Source: a virus (lineage: Duplodnaviria > Heunggongvirae > Uroviricota > Caudoviricetes). Taken from it: DNA of 64,000 bases. Within the stretch, counting starts at the first letter, position 1. Every line of letters begins with the position of its first letter. The stretch lies in the IMG/VR virus record IMGVR_UViG_3300044296_000239. One strand, given 5' to 3'. The translations under genes were made by a program, and so were the position numbers. The notes under the pieces were generated by a model. The model was not told the DNA's origin. It did not search any database and worked only from the letters and a program-made list of their open reading frames with translations. Of the stretch, positions 38,783-48,032 are shown in pieces.

Positions 38783-39001
38783 TTATTTTCCTTTCGATGA
38801 AAATTTTTCTGAAGCTGTAAATCCTAAACCAGCTACTACTATATACATCATTGAATCAAACAACGCTGGTGTAACTTTATGACCAAGAGTATCAGCCACA
38901 AATCCACCAGCACATAACAAGAATGACAAGAGAGTAATAACTCTTTTTGAAGAAACAGTCCCGTTATCTCCATCTTGTAACATACTTGATAACCAATTCA
39001 T
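38783..39001 (-). CDS. small two-TM protein, holin-like
   Basis: 72 aa; two hydrophobic helices, charged C-terminus; lies in the candidate lysis cassette. Confidence 0.4.
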   Translation of the reverse strand: MNWLSSMLQDGDNGTVSSKRVITLLSFLLCAGGFVADTLGHKVTPALFDSMMYIVVAGLGFTASEKFSSKGK

Positions 39002-39002
39002 T

Positions 39003-39527
39003 TTATAACTCTGGTTGTGGTGGTTGCACAGGCATTGGTTTACCCGTTGAACTCATTACAACTTGCGGTGTGAAGTTGGCAACTGGTGCTTGAATCACTA
39101 CAGGTTGTGGAGGAGGAGTTGGATTTAAGATAGCAGCTTGTGCCAATGTATTTTTCGCTGCAGCATCTGCATTTGCTTGTGCTTGCTTTTGCGCTTCTAA
39201 CATTGCCTTTTGATCTTCTGGTTTTTGACCAGCTAACATGATACCAGAGAGAGTACCAGTTAAGAACGTCGCGATAGGTACAATCAACTCAAAGAATTTT
39301 TGGTCGATAGGACTAATCGCATTCAGTGGTTGTGTAACGAAGATCAATGAATACAAGACAACGAATACGATTCCGAATAATGTAAGTGTTAGACAAATGC
39401 CGATGAAAAATTTTAATCGAGCCATCAGCTGCTCTTCTGTGTATATGAAATTATTTTCCACAGTTGGCTCCTTGATTAGTAGGTTGTACACTAATTGCTT
39501 TACTTTGTTGAGTAGTATCTTTATCAT
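39003..39527 (-). CDS. membrane protein with Ala/Gln-rich helix and Pro-rich C-terminus (i-spanin-like)
   Basis: 174 aa; TM FFIGICLTLTLFGIVFVVLYSLIFV; then AMLEAQKQAQANADAAAKN...PPPQPVVIQ. Confidence 0.45.
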   Translation of the reverse strand: MIKILLNKVKQLVYNLLIKEPTVENNFIYTEEQLMARLKFFIGICLTLTLFGIVFVVLYSLIFVTQPLNAISPIDQKFFELIVPIATFLTGTLSGIMLAGQKPEDQKAMLEAQKQAQANADAAAKNTLAQAAILNPTPPPQPVVIQAPVANFTPQVVMSSTGKPMPVQPPQPEL

Positions 39528-39738
39528 CTGGCATTCCTAATCTAGGGTCTCTTCCACCCTTAAAAACATGTTCTGGACAAGTTCTCGTCACGTCACATAG
39601 TGGTTTCTTACACATCTCTTTATCCCAATTGTGGGGATCTTGACATGGGTATCTAAATTTATCTTCGCTAAAAATTGCTAATCCTAATGGAAATAGTAAA
39701 AGCAATAATAGCCATCTTACTAGCTTTATATCACTCAT
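39451..39738 (-). CDS. small secreted Cys-rich protein (o-spanin-like position; no lipobox)
   Basis: 95 aa; signal peptide; 6 Cys; its 3' end overlaps the downstream gene in another frame. Confidence 0.4.
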   Translation of the reverse strand: MSDIKLVRWLLLLLLFPLGLAIFSEDKFRYPCQDPHNWDKEMCKKPLCDVTRTCPEHVFKGGRDPRLGMPDDKDTTQQSKAISVQPTNQGANCGK

Positions 39739-39739
39739 A

Positions 39740-40405
39740 TTATGCTCCCATTACATGCAGAGCGTGTTGATAGTGGGCAATTCGATCTTCTAGACCGATG
39801 AATCCGCCATTAATCGCTTTTGTTAATCCTTTGATATCACCTGCATCTGCAAATTTATTTAGGTTATTATTTTCCCAGAACCAACAAGCAGATTGTGCGG
39901 CACCTTCAAACGTTTGTAGGTATTCTGCGGCTTCTTCTACTGGAATATCTAATGACGCAGCAAACCAAGAATAGTTTGATTTACCAGTCAATTGGATTAG
40001 ACCTCGACCACAGTAACGATATCCGTCACCTGTTTCAGGTCCACCGTTACCCATACGGTTTGCATAAACTAAGTTAGCAATTGCTTCTTGTTTATTTGGC
40101 TTAGAAGCATATTCATTTGCCATCTCATCTGTCGGGAAATACTTCGGAAAGATTTTACGAAGTGTTACAGCTTTATAATTTAAGTTTTCCTTAAGAACCA
40201 TAAACCCACCGGATTCATGTGCGCATTGCGCAATAAATGCAGCAATTCGCTGTGGTGTGTTTATCTCATATTCTGGTAGCAATTGTGCTAGTGCACGGTG
40301 CCAATGGTCAACGTATGGATTCTTTGGGAGAAGCTGTTTTAATTGTTCTAATGATAATTCCATCTTCACTCCAATATATGTTGAATAATTCATGTCATAT
40401 GACAT
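39740..40405 (-). CDS. GH19 family endolysin
   Basis: 221 aa; YRYCGRGLIQLTGKSNYSWF GH19 core. Confidence 0.75.
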   Translation of the reverse strand: MSYDMNYSTYIGVKMELSLEQLKQLLPKNPYVDHWHRALAQLLPEYEINTPQRIAAFIAQCAHESGGFMVLKENLNYKAVTLRKIFPKYFPTDEMANEYASKPNKQEAIANLVYANRMGNGGPETGDGYRYCGRGLIQLTGKSNYSWFAASLDIPVEEAAEYLQTFEGAAQSACWFWENNNLNKFADAGDIKGLTKAINGGFIGLEDRIAHYQHALHVMGA

Positions 40406-40518
40406 GTTACTATTTATATGTTACATATATCGGGAGCGAAAAAAGGGGACAAACGTCCCCTTATATCTATCCCCTGGCCCTTATAGATCTATCTATAAAA
40501 AGCCATTTCTCTGCAGCG

Positions 40519-40773
40519 TTACTTACTGCGTGTATTGGTGGATGCTGTGGCATAAGTTGCACCGCTACCACTTACAAACTCATTGAGTAACTTTGCTTCA
40601 TTGACGATCGCTTCAGCAGTTGGGAATTTATAATTCTTTAAGAATTCCTTTTGTACTTCTGGATCATCAAATGCTCGAGTCTCCTCAAGCTTTGCAAAAT
40701 ACTCTGTTGAGAGTCTATCTTTAGCAAGCCCTAATAGTTCTTGTCTAATCTCGAAAGGTGTTTTATTAGTCAT
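40519..40773 (-). CDS. hypothetical protein
   Basis: 84-aa ORF. Confidence 0.45.
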   Translation of the reverse strand: MTNKTPFEIRQELLGLAKDRLSTEYFAKLEETRAFDDPEVQKEFLKNYKFPTAEAIVNEAKLLNEFVSGSGATYATASTNTRSK

Positions 40774-40836
40774 GTGTGTGTTTCCTTGTGTGTTAAAAAA
40801 AAATACCAGTGGCCGACTGGTGGCGGTTTTTACTGC

Positions 40837-41289
40837 TTAGAATGAAACTTTCAAACCAGCAGAAACTACATTACCATCAAAGTTATTTACGCGAGATTGA
40901 ATCGCGCTTTGATAGCGATAATCTGCAGTCAATGCGACTGATTTAGTTAATGAATAGCTTGCGCCTACACCAACTGAGCCTTGCCAACCACTAGCAGTAG
41001 ATGTTGGATCAACAAATGCAACACCAACTTTAGGAGTAATAGTAACTCCAGCAACTGTTGCTACATCATAACCAGCAACTAAGCTGTAACGATTAGTGTC
41101 ATTAGAGTTTTGTGTATAGCGTTCAAATCCGCCAGTAACAGAAGTCTTACCAAACTTTTCGCCGAGTGTTACACCAAAACCATTTTTATCTGGATTTTGT
41201 GAATAATCACGTTGAGCTGTAAGACCAACTTCTACTGCTTGTGCAGAACCTGCTACTAACAATGCTAAAATAGCTAATTTAACTTTCAT
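40837..41289 (-). CDS. outer-membrane beta-barrel protein (OmpX/Ail/Lom-like 8-strand type)
   Basis: 150 aa; signal MKVKLAILALLVAGSAQA; alternating hydrophobic beta-strands with Gly/Tyr girdles; C-terminal beta-signal ending in Phe (GLKVSF). Confidence 0.6.
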   Translation of the reverse strand: MKVKLAILALLVAGSAQAVEVGLTAQRDYSQNPDKNGFGVTLGEKFGKTSVTGGFERYTQNSNDTNRYSLVAGYDVATVAGVTITPKVGVAFVDPTSTASGWQGSVGVGASYSLTKSVALTADYRYQSAIQSRVNNFDGNVVSAGLKVSF

Positions 41290-41324
41290 TGAAATATTTC
41301 CTTTTCTAGTTTAAAGATCAAGAG

Positions 41325-41704
41325 TTGGTTTTTCTGTTACGAGGTAAACCAACTTAAACCCTAAGCAGCGTTTAGGCTGCTAATGCATAACTTTCGTCAT
41401 TTGCATTTACTTAGTTTGCTTCTTCGGCCAAGTTTCCTCAACCCTACGGGTTTCACATTCCCGTGTTGCCGTCTCTACTATCTACCTCTGTCGAAACCAT
41501 GGCATCCCCATCAAAAACATACTAAGGTGAAATGAACTTACTAAGTAGAGGTTCCGGCTTACCAATCCTGATCCCAACCTTTCGGTTTTGTAGAGATTTA
41601 AGTATGTTTTTGGTGGAGATGGGCGGAGTCGAACCGCCGTCCAGAAGTCCTTCGCTTTGAAGGGATTACAACAATTCCTCGTCCACTTTCTTCCAGCTAT
41701 TTTT
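41325..41704 (-). ncRNA. ssrA: circularly permuted (two-piece) tmRNA gene (ssrA); acceptor piece about 41611-41704, coding piece about 41325-41510
   Basis: coding piece: GGGGAUGCCAUGGUUUCGAC...GGGAAUGUGAAACCC (P2) ...GCA AAU GAC GAA AGU UAU GCA UUA GCA GCC UAA = ANDESYALAA*; upstream acceptor piece: T-arm GGCGG-UUCGACU-CCGCC then CAUCUCC-A-CCA, which pairs with GGGGAUG; candidate promoter TGGACA-N16-TATACT at 41711-41738. Confidence 0.7.
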
Positions 41705-41832
41705 GCCTTCAGTATAGTGTCCTATATATTTTTGTCCAGTCTCTTGATCTATTAATAACCATTTACCAGGACATTTTGTGCGAATAGTTAAAGTTTTAGC
41801 TTCATCTAATTCTTTAACACTTGTACCATCTT

Positions 41833-42435
41833 TTAATTTACGTTTTCTGTCCATGTTGCAACAATATATTTTTCATTAGAAATAGGAGGATTGCCGCGAT
41901 GAGTATGTGTATATCCAACAGGGAAAAGAACAATTCTTCCTTTTTTTGGTTTAATTCTTCTAGGATAATACAAAAATTCAGTTTCTCCACCCTCGTCAAC
42001 ATCATTAAGATAAATCAAAATGGCCAATATTCTATTACTATCTTCTTTTCCACTATTTTCATAATGCCATACATGATATCCACCACCTACCGATGTTCGT
42101 TGAAGTCTATGACCCCATAATCCATAGCCTCTAGACAATAAAACATCATATTTTTTATTATATTCATCAATACATTCACGAATGGCTTTATTCATGACAC
42201 CAGCTAAGAATGTATTAATGACTTTTACATCATCCAAATGTTCTTCATGTAAAAAATATGTTGTATCATCTTTGTGAACTTTTTCAATTCTTTCAGCTTC
42301 TTGTCTACTAAACGTACGTTTATTAGTTAATGCCCATTGATCCACATAATGGTAATGATTAATCAATTGTTCACAAATAGTTTCTGGCAAAATATCATCA
42401 AATACACCAATAAAATCTTGAATATCACTTTTCAT
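41833..42435 (-). CDS. 2OG-Fe(II) oxygenase, prolyl-4-hydroxylase-like
   Basis: 200 aa; GGETEF, HTHRG and C-terminal strand GRIVLFPVGYTHTH; paralogue of 48077..48622. Confidence 0.65.
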   Translation of the reverse strand: MKSDIQDFIGVFDDILPETICEQLINHYHYVDQWALTNKRTFSRQEAERIEKVHKDDTTYFLHEEHLDDVKVINTFLAGVMNKAIRECIDEYNKKYDVLLSRGYGLWGHRLQRTSVGGGYHVWHYENSGKEDSNRILAILIYLNDVDEGGETEFLYYPRRIKPKKGRIVLFPVGYTHTHRGNPPISNEKYIVATWTENVN

Positions 42436-43034
42436 TTTAATTTGTCTCTCATTTCTTCATATAATTCTGTTCGCTTAGCTGCATTGATAACTCCACCGGT
42501 GATTCGCTTAGTCATACCGATCATATCTTCAGCATCAGCATAAGCATTTAAATCTTTAATCATCCACACCCAACATGCTGAATGTACAGCGCCTTGTGGT
42601 GTGATGATATAATCTAATACATCTTCTATGCCAAAACCTGCATGTTCTGCAAATTTTCTATATGAATCTTTTCCAGTGATATGTAATAAGCCTCGTCCTT
42701 TATAGCGAGAACCATCACCAGATTCTTCACTACCATTTCCAAATCTATACGCATATATTCTATTTGCGATAGAATTTTCTTTATGCATATATGCTTCAGC
42801 AATCACTTGATTATTAAAGTGAGCAGGAAACAATATCATTAAATTGTTTCTGCTATAATTTAGATTTTCTTCAACGCACCTGAACTCTAACGACTCATAT
42901 GATGCTTGTGAAACAAATGCCGCCACACGCTTAAGCGTATTAATCTTATACTTATCAAAGAATAGCTTGAATGCCTCTATCCAAACTTTTTCTTCGATTA
43001 CTGATTCAAGCTTATCATAATATAATTGTAACAT
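42432..43034 (-). CDS. GH19 family lysozyme (third GH19 paralogue)
   Basis: 200 aa; SRYKGRGLLHITGKDSYRKF. Confidence 0.7.
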   Translation of the reverse strand: MLQLYYDKLESVIEEKVWIEAFKLFFDKYKINTLKRVAAFVSQASYESLEFRCVEENLNYSRNNLMILFPAHFNNQVIAEAYMHKENSIANRIYAYRFGNGSEESGDGSRYKGRGLLHITGKDSYRKFAEHAGFGIEDVLDYIITPQGAVHSACWVWMIKDLNAYADAEDMIGMTKRITGGVINAAKRTELYEEMRDKLK

Positions 43035-43037
43035 CTT

Positions 43038-43445
43038 TTAACTTAAAATAAATGCTGTTGCAAATGATGCTTTGCTTGCATTGCTTACGTTTGTAGTCTG
43101 TGCAGTATTTACTTGGTCGGTGTAACTCTTGATCTGTGCTTCAAACTCTGACATAAACCCTGCAGATAAACGAACCTCGATCTTTGTACCTTTAGGCCAA
43201 TCGAGTGCAGTAGATCCGTATTGTCCACGCACTAATGTAAACGTTTTAGTAGGTCTATCTATGTTTGTAATCTTTACTTGTTCGCTCAAACTGTTATCGT
43301 CATTGGCAAGTGTAGCTACAGCTGGATCAGTGATGCTAATTCCAGTTGGAAATGATGATACAGACTCAACAACAACATAAACGTTTGCCGCTGGTAATGC
43401 ATCAAATAATTGGGTGCCTACGTTATCTGCGTATTTTAATGCCAT
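43038..43445 (-). CDS. hypothetical protein (between the GH19 and PAAR genes)
   Basis: 135-aa ORF. Confidence 0.5.
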   Translation of the reverse strand: MALKYADNVGTQLFDALPAANVYVVVESVSSFPTGISITDPAVATLANDDNSLSEQVKITNIDRPTKTFTLVRGQYGSTALDWPKGTKIEVRLSAGFMSEFEAQIKSYTDQVNTAQTTNVSNASKASFATAFILS

Positions 43446-43446
43446 A

Positions 43447-43773
43447 TTAACCTAACTTCTCTATACCGAACTTTGAAATACCAAAACGAGTTGGACCAGG
43501 ATTTGGATAAAAACCAGTTAGCACATTAGAAGAACCTGTAATTGGATGACCACACGATGCTAAATCGCCCGTCCTACATATGGCTATACCACAAGCAAAC
43601 ACGTCAGCAGCGGCTTCTTCCATAACTGGTGCATCATGTGGTGATCTACCATGACCTGCAATAGCAGCGCCTTTTACAACAATTGGTGATCCATTTACAA
43701 ACACAGTAGGAGCTAGATTGCCGACTACTACTCCGCCCGCTTTGTCAACACCTACTCTAGAAATTCCTGGCAT
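43447..43773 (-). CDS. PAAR-repeat spike-tip protein (gp5.4-like)
   Basis: 108 aa; VFVNGSPIVVKGAAIAGHG...ICRTGDLASCGHPITGSSNVLTG matches the PAAR pattern. Confidence 0.55.
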   Translation of the reverse strand: MPGISRVGVDKAGGVVVGNLAPTVFVNGSPIVVKGAAIAGHGRSPHDAPVMEEAAADVFACGIAICRTGDLASCGHPITGSSNVLTGFYPNPGPTRFGISKFGIEKLG

Positions 43774-43802
43774 GAGATATCCTTATAATATCTCTATTTA
43801 TA

Positions 43803-44069
43803 TTATTTTTTAGCTGGTGAAACGGCTTGTGGAGCTGTAGAGTCCTTAAATTGACCAGACAAAGACATTGACATTACCATACTCTTACAGATCTCATTAT
43901 ATGGATCCATAGAACACATAGCATACAATGGATTTTGACCTTGTTGTAATGACATCTTAATAGTTTCAGTCTTCCATTGGGTGGATAAAATTCCCCATCC
44001 AATTGCACCACCTATAATTATAGTTACTGCAACAATCAAAAGATAGATTACGTTTTTATTATCTGACAT
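43803..44069 (-). CDS. small membrane protein
   Basis: 88 aa; TM LLIVAVTIIIGGAIGWGIL. Confidence 0.45.
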   Translation of the reverse strand: MSDNKNVIYLLIVAVTIIIGGAIGWGILSTQWKTETIKMSLQQGQNPLYAMCSMDPYNEICKSMVMSMSLSGQFKDSTAPQAVSPAKK

Positions 44070-44392
44070 TACATATCCTTTACTTTTTCAAGTTGTTCTG
44101 ATGAAACATTAAACAATTTACCAGGGAATCGTACCATGACCACATCATTTAACTCTTTCATATTTTTCCCTTGGCCTAAAAATTGATTGGTCTCTTTGTT
44201 ATACAGATAGATCATTCCATTCTCTACTTCTAAGCGAGAAGAGATGATCATATCTTTAAGACGTTTCAGTGAATCTCTGATCGCATTATCAATATCATTT
44301 TCAAGCTTGCGGATGCGAATTACATTAATGATGTACGTCAGCAACCCAAACAACGCACAGCCAAAAATGAAACCAATGATGAGATCATCCAT
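44069..44392 (-). CDS. small membrane protein
   Basis: 107 aa; N-terminal TM. Confidence 0.45.
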   Translation of the reverse strand: MDDLIIGFIFGCALFGLLTYIINVIRIRKLENDIDNAIRDSLKRLKDMIISSRLEVENGMIYLYNKETNQFLGQGKNMKELNDVVMVRFPGKLFNVSSEQLEKVKDM

Positions 44393-44575
44393 ATTATTTT
44401 GCCTTTTTAATTGCAGAAGAACCTATGATAGATGTTAACCAAAATGATGCTAGCCAAGTTTCAATACTAACAGGAATACTCAAGCTAAATAGAGTGTTTA
44501 AAGCCCAAATCGTTGCGATCGGTCCACCGATAATAATTCCCAAAACAATTGCAATAATAAATAAATATTTCATAA

Positions 44576-45334
44576 TTAATCCCATAATGTTCTAAAGTAT
44601 TTGCCAAATAAACGAAGACCGTTGTCAACTCGTTCCCACTCTTTTTGTAAACCATCATAATCACATTGGTAAGTATGATTAGGACCTTCTTTCATTTGAT
44701 ATAAGGTTGGTTTACCATTTTCATCCCATTTACATGGTTCATGATAATGATCCATTTCGCCACTGCGATATTTTTCTTCCCACGAATCATCGATGAGATG
44801 TTCAAACGCAAAGATCATTTCATCTAGTGCCCATTCATATCGGCTATGTACATCGTGTCCTTCTGGTACATTTTCTTCATAGAAGTCGAATGTCTTTTGA
44901 TCGTCATAGTCTTCTGTAGTAGTTGTACGCATATGTTCAGGTACATCTTCCATATCAATGAAGCCTGAACCATGCTTAGTTGCTTTAAGTTGCTTTAACA
45001 TCGGAAGAATGATAGGTGTCAATGTATGATCCATTGACCATGTGTCCCAATAATCGATCTTGATGTATTCTTTCTTAATCTTCTTCTCGTGTACCCATTC
45101 TAAGAACCTATAAAGAAGTGTCTTTGGGCGATCAGATCTTGACCAACAACGTTTCTTCTGTTCTTCAGTTTCTTTATGGAAACCATGTGCTAAGAACTCT
45201 CCGAAGTTATGAACCCAATCTGGTTTATCCTTAATACCCCATTCATCTTCAACTTCCTTTACCCAAAAGCAAAGTAGATCTGCTAGTTGATAAGGTCCAA
45301 ACCAATTGTTTGGTTTGCCAATATAGACTTTCAT
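44576..45334 (-). CDS. hypothetical protein
   Basis: 252-aa ORF. Confidence 0.55.
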   Translation of the reverse strand: MKVYIGKPNNWFGPYQLADLLCFWVKEVEDEWGIKDKPDWVHNFGEFLAHGFHKETEEQKKRCWSRSDRPKTLLYRFLEWVHEKKIKKEYIKIDYWDTWSMDHTLTPIILPMLKQLKATKHGSGFIDMEDVPEHMRTTTTEDYDDQKTFDFYEENVPEGHDVHSRYEWALDEMIFAFEHLIDDSWEEKYRSGEMDHYHEPCKWDENGKPTLYQMKEGPNHTYQCDYDGLQKEWERVDNGLRLFGKYFRTLWD

Positions 45335-45547
45335 TTCATTAGATCTTTCATTACTGCTTGAATTCTACTAAATGCTGCCCACTGATTACGTGTCATGTTT
45401 AATGTGTCATCATAACCAAGATACTGCAAATCGTTTTGTAAATCCTTCAGAAGCAAATAAACTTCTAAAGGATCCTTTGCTTTAAAATTTTCTACTGCTC
45501 GCTTGTGTGCTGCATCAGCAGCATCTTCGTACATCCTTTTGATACCA

Positions 45548-45994
45548 TCACTCATAATCTTTCCTTTGTGTTACGAATGCATCAATCTTCTGTTCATCTG
45601 ACCAAGACTTACAATAATGATTATCTATATCACAAAGTTCAATAAGTTCTTTATATGAAATATCGCGTTGGCTTATGATCTGTTCTCCAATGTGTTCCTG
45701 AGAGAACTCTTTAGCTTCATTCATCACAACAGTATCACCAGCCCAATCGTCAGTACCAACTGGTACTTCTACAACATAACGCATACGGAATGTAGACACA
45801 CATTCAACTAGTGTGTACTTAGTTTCTTTTTCTTTTTTAGTCATACACCAACTCCCATTTCCAAGATCATTCCATTCTACAGTATCGCCAATTTCTAAGC
45901 CAGTTCCCTCTAGGATCTCATCATTCAATGGAAGGATAAGATCACCAGTTTCAGGATCTTCTTCTAACTCAACTGTCCACGTTTTGTTCATCAT
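45548..45994 (-). CDS. hypothetical protein
   Basis: 148-aa ORF. Confidence 0.5.
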   Translation of the reverse strand: MMNKTWTVELEEDPETGDLILPLNDEILEGTGLEIGDTVEWNDLGNGSWCMTKKEKETKYTLVECVSTFRMRYVVEVPVGTDDWAGDTVVMNEAKEFSQEHIGEQIISQRDISYKELIELCDIDNHYCKSWSDEQKIDAFVTQRKDYE

Positions 45995-46349
45995 CTTCTC
46001 CTTTGATAGCGAGAGCTTTATTTAATGACTTTTGTGCAACGCGCAAGCCATATTCCATTTCATAGTTTCTTTGACGTTCAAGCTGTAATTCTTTATATGT
46101 ATCTTTAAACTGATCATGTAAATCCACTGTGCTTTTGAAAATACGTTCTACATAGTCAGTTAATTTGCATACAGTTACCCATGAACCATCAGCAAGCTTT
46201 GTATGACCATCACGAATACGAAACTCATCAGTCCATCGTTCATTCAACTTGAAGTCTGGCATAGGGATGAATACAAATAATTCTTGTTCTGATATCTTAT
46301 CTAAAGCAATTTTAAATTGCTCATCGATTGAGCTTCTACCGTAAAACAT
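45969..46349 (-). CDS. hypothetical protein
   Basis: 126-aa ORF. Confidence 0.5.
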   Translation of the reverse strand: MFYGRSSIDEQFKIALDKISEQELFVFIPMPDFKLNERWTDEFRIRDGHTKLADGSWVTVCKLTDYVERIFKSTVDLHDQFKDTYKELQLERQRNYEMEYGLRVAQKSLNKALAIKGEDDEQNVDS

Positions 46350-46879
46350 TATTCTTCATCCTCATCATCATATTTGTTCGTACGTCCATCCATTGCTGCA
46401 TGGATATCGCACAGCGTACGATGCCAACCATCAGTATATCTTTGTCCAGGTGCACCGCATACTTCACATGTACGATAACTCATGCTCTCAGCAAAGCTAA
46501 TATAATGATAATGTTCATCAATTGCACCTTGCACATAGAACCGTAGACCACCAAACTTCTCTTTAACTTGTGAAGCAATCGGTACATGACCACGTTCATG
46601 CTCCATCTTTTCTTTAGCTTCATCAATCATTTCTTGTGTAATAATCTTAGTACTACCATTCCATTGAGGTTGATTAAGCTTATCTTTAATAGCGTTATAA
46701 CGAGATTCTGCTTGACGATAATGACTAGTCAAATGTGCACAAAGCGTATCGATGATAGTATACCATCCATCACCACAACTAAATCCCCAACACATTGCTG
46801 TGTGTTGCATATCTCCATTACGATCTCTAAAGATTAATGGATACTTTGCGCAAAGCGCTTCATCTAGTTCTTTTCTCAT
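46349..46879 (-). CDS. hypothetical Cys/His-rich protein
   Basis: 176-aa ORF. Confidence 0.5.
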   Translation of the reverse strand: MRKELDEALCAKYPLIFRDRNGDMQHTAMCWGFSCGDGWYTIIDTLCAHLTSHYRQAESRYNAIKDKLNQPQWNGSTKIITQEMIDEAKEKMEHERGHVPIASQVKEKFGGLRFYVQGAIDEHYHYISFAESMSYRTCEVCGAPGQRYTDGWHRTLCDIHAAMDGRTNKYDDEDEE

Positions 46880-47073
46880 TGATTTAACACCCAGTCTTCT
46901 GCACTATTTTCAGCATCAAGTAAAGTTGAATAGCGATTATTAAAACCAGTCAATAAACCTTCATGAGTACGTTCTACGATGTACTCGCGTGTTTTAAGGT
47001 CTTGATAAACCGTAGCACGTCTACGGTTTTCCCCATAAAACTTTGAACATTCTCTTAAAGGTTTATCTGGCAT

Positions 47074-48006
47074 TTAGATCTCCACTACTTTCAATTTCCA
47101 TTCATCGGCTCGAGCTTCATAGTGAATATAACCTCGAGGATTACAAACAACTCTGCAGTTCTCACCAACCATATAATCAAAATCTTCATGTGTATGACCA
47201 TGAGTCCACAGTTTGATATTAGGACGATTCACAATGAATTCTTCTAAGTCACTATGGTAACCACCATTCATGATTGCATCATGTTTATAACGAGGATGAC
47301 ATGATTGATGACTTGGACTATGATGAGTACAGACTACATACTTCTTTGGATCTTCACCAAGATGTGCAGTGCACACTTGAAGGTATTGCACAAACTTATC
47401 AAACTCATCCGCGGCATCTTCAGGAGAAAAACGAGAAGGCTCTTCTTTCTTCTTCATACCAATCTGAATCATCTTGTTGTTTTCATCAAACTCATAACCT
47501 CGTCCATCTTCTTTTTCTTTGTAGATTGGAACATTACGGTACACTTGACGGTTGCTGTTTTTAATAATACGAAAATCATTCATCATATCTTTCATGTTGA
47601 ATAAAGTAAGCGGATCACGCTTATTCATATCAGTCCACATTGTACCGCCGATGAATGACACACCTTCGATCTCTCTATATTCATTATCCAACAAATATAC
47701 ATTATCAAGATGCTCGAGATTTCTCTTAAGATATGGTGCAGTAAATTTGAAGTCATAGTTGTAATGTTCATGATTACCAATCACGTACACAACATGTTTA
47801 AAATTCTTTGAACACATCTTGAAGAAGTCAACAAAACTAGCTGCTTTTCTTGAGTGCGGCATGTCGCCATAAGCTGCAGCAGTTGTATCAAAATCTTTTG
47901 CAGTACAGATGTCGCCGCTCAAAACAAGCACATCTGCACCTTCAGTATTTTCAAATTGTAGTGGTCCAAATTCTAAATGGATATCACTTGCAATTGCAAT
48001 TTTCAT
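47074..48006 (-). CDS. calcineurin-like metallophosphoesterase
   Basis: 310 aa; ASDIHLEF, GDI, GNHEHY, GHTHEDF motifs; preceded by an early promoter. Confidence 0.75.
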   Translation of the reverse strand: MKIAIASDIHLEFGPLQFENTEGADVLVLSGDICTAKDFDTTAAAYGDMPHSRKAASFVDFFKMCSKNFKHVVYVIGNHEHYNYDFKFTAPYLKRNLEHLDNVYLLDNEYREIEGVSFIGGTMWTDMNKRDPLTLFNMKDMMNDFRIIKNSNRQVYRNVPIYKEKEDGRGYEFDENNKMIQIGMKKKEEPSRFSPEDAADEFDKFVQYLQVCTAHLGEDPKKYVVCTHHSPSHQSCHPRYKHDAIMNGGYHSDLEEFIVNRPNIKLWTHGHTHEDFDYMVGENCRVVCNPRGYIHYEARADEWKLKVVEI

Positions 48007-48032
48007 AAGACACCTTTACATATTATGGGTAT

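Noticed and set aside
41290-41660. A standard one-piece tmRNA, or a plain tRNA at 41611-41690
   Set aside because: No T-arm/CCA segment lies downstream of the coding body, because the OMP gene starts at 41289. The 84 nt upstream of the CCA lack a matching 5' acceptor strand, whereas GGGGAUG about 100 nt downstream pairs with it. Only the permuted arrangement fits.
41666-41854. 62-aa ORF between the tmRNA and the P4H-like gene
   Set aside because: Its 3' end overlaps the predicted tmRNA acceptor piece and the tmRNA promoter. It has been left uncalled, as doubtful.
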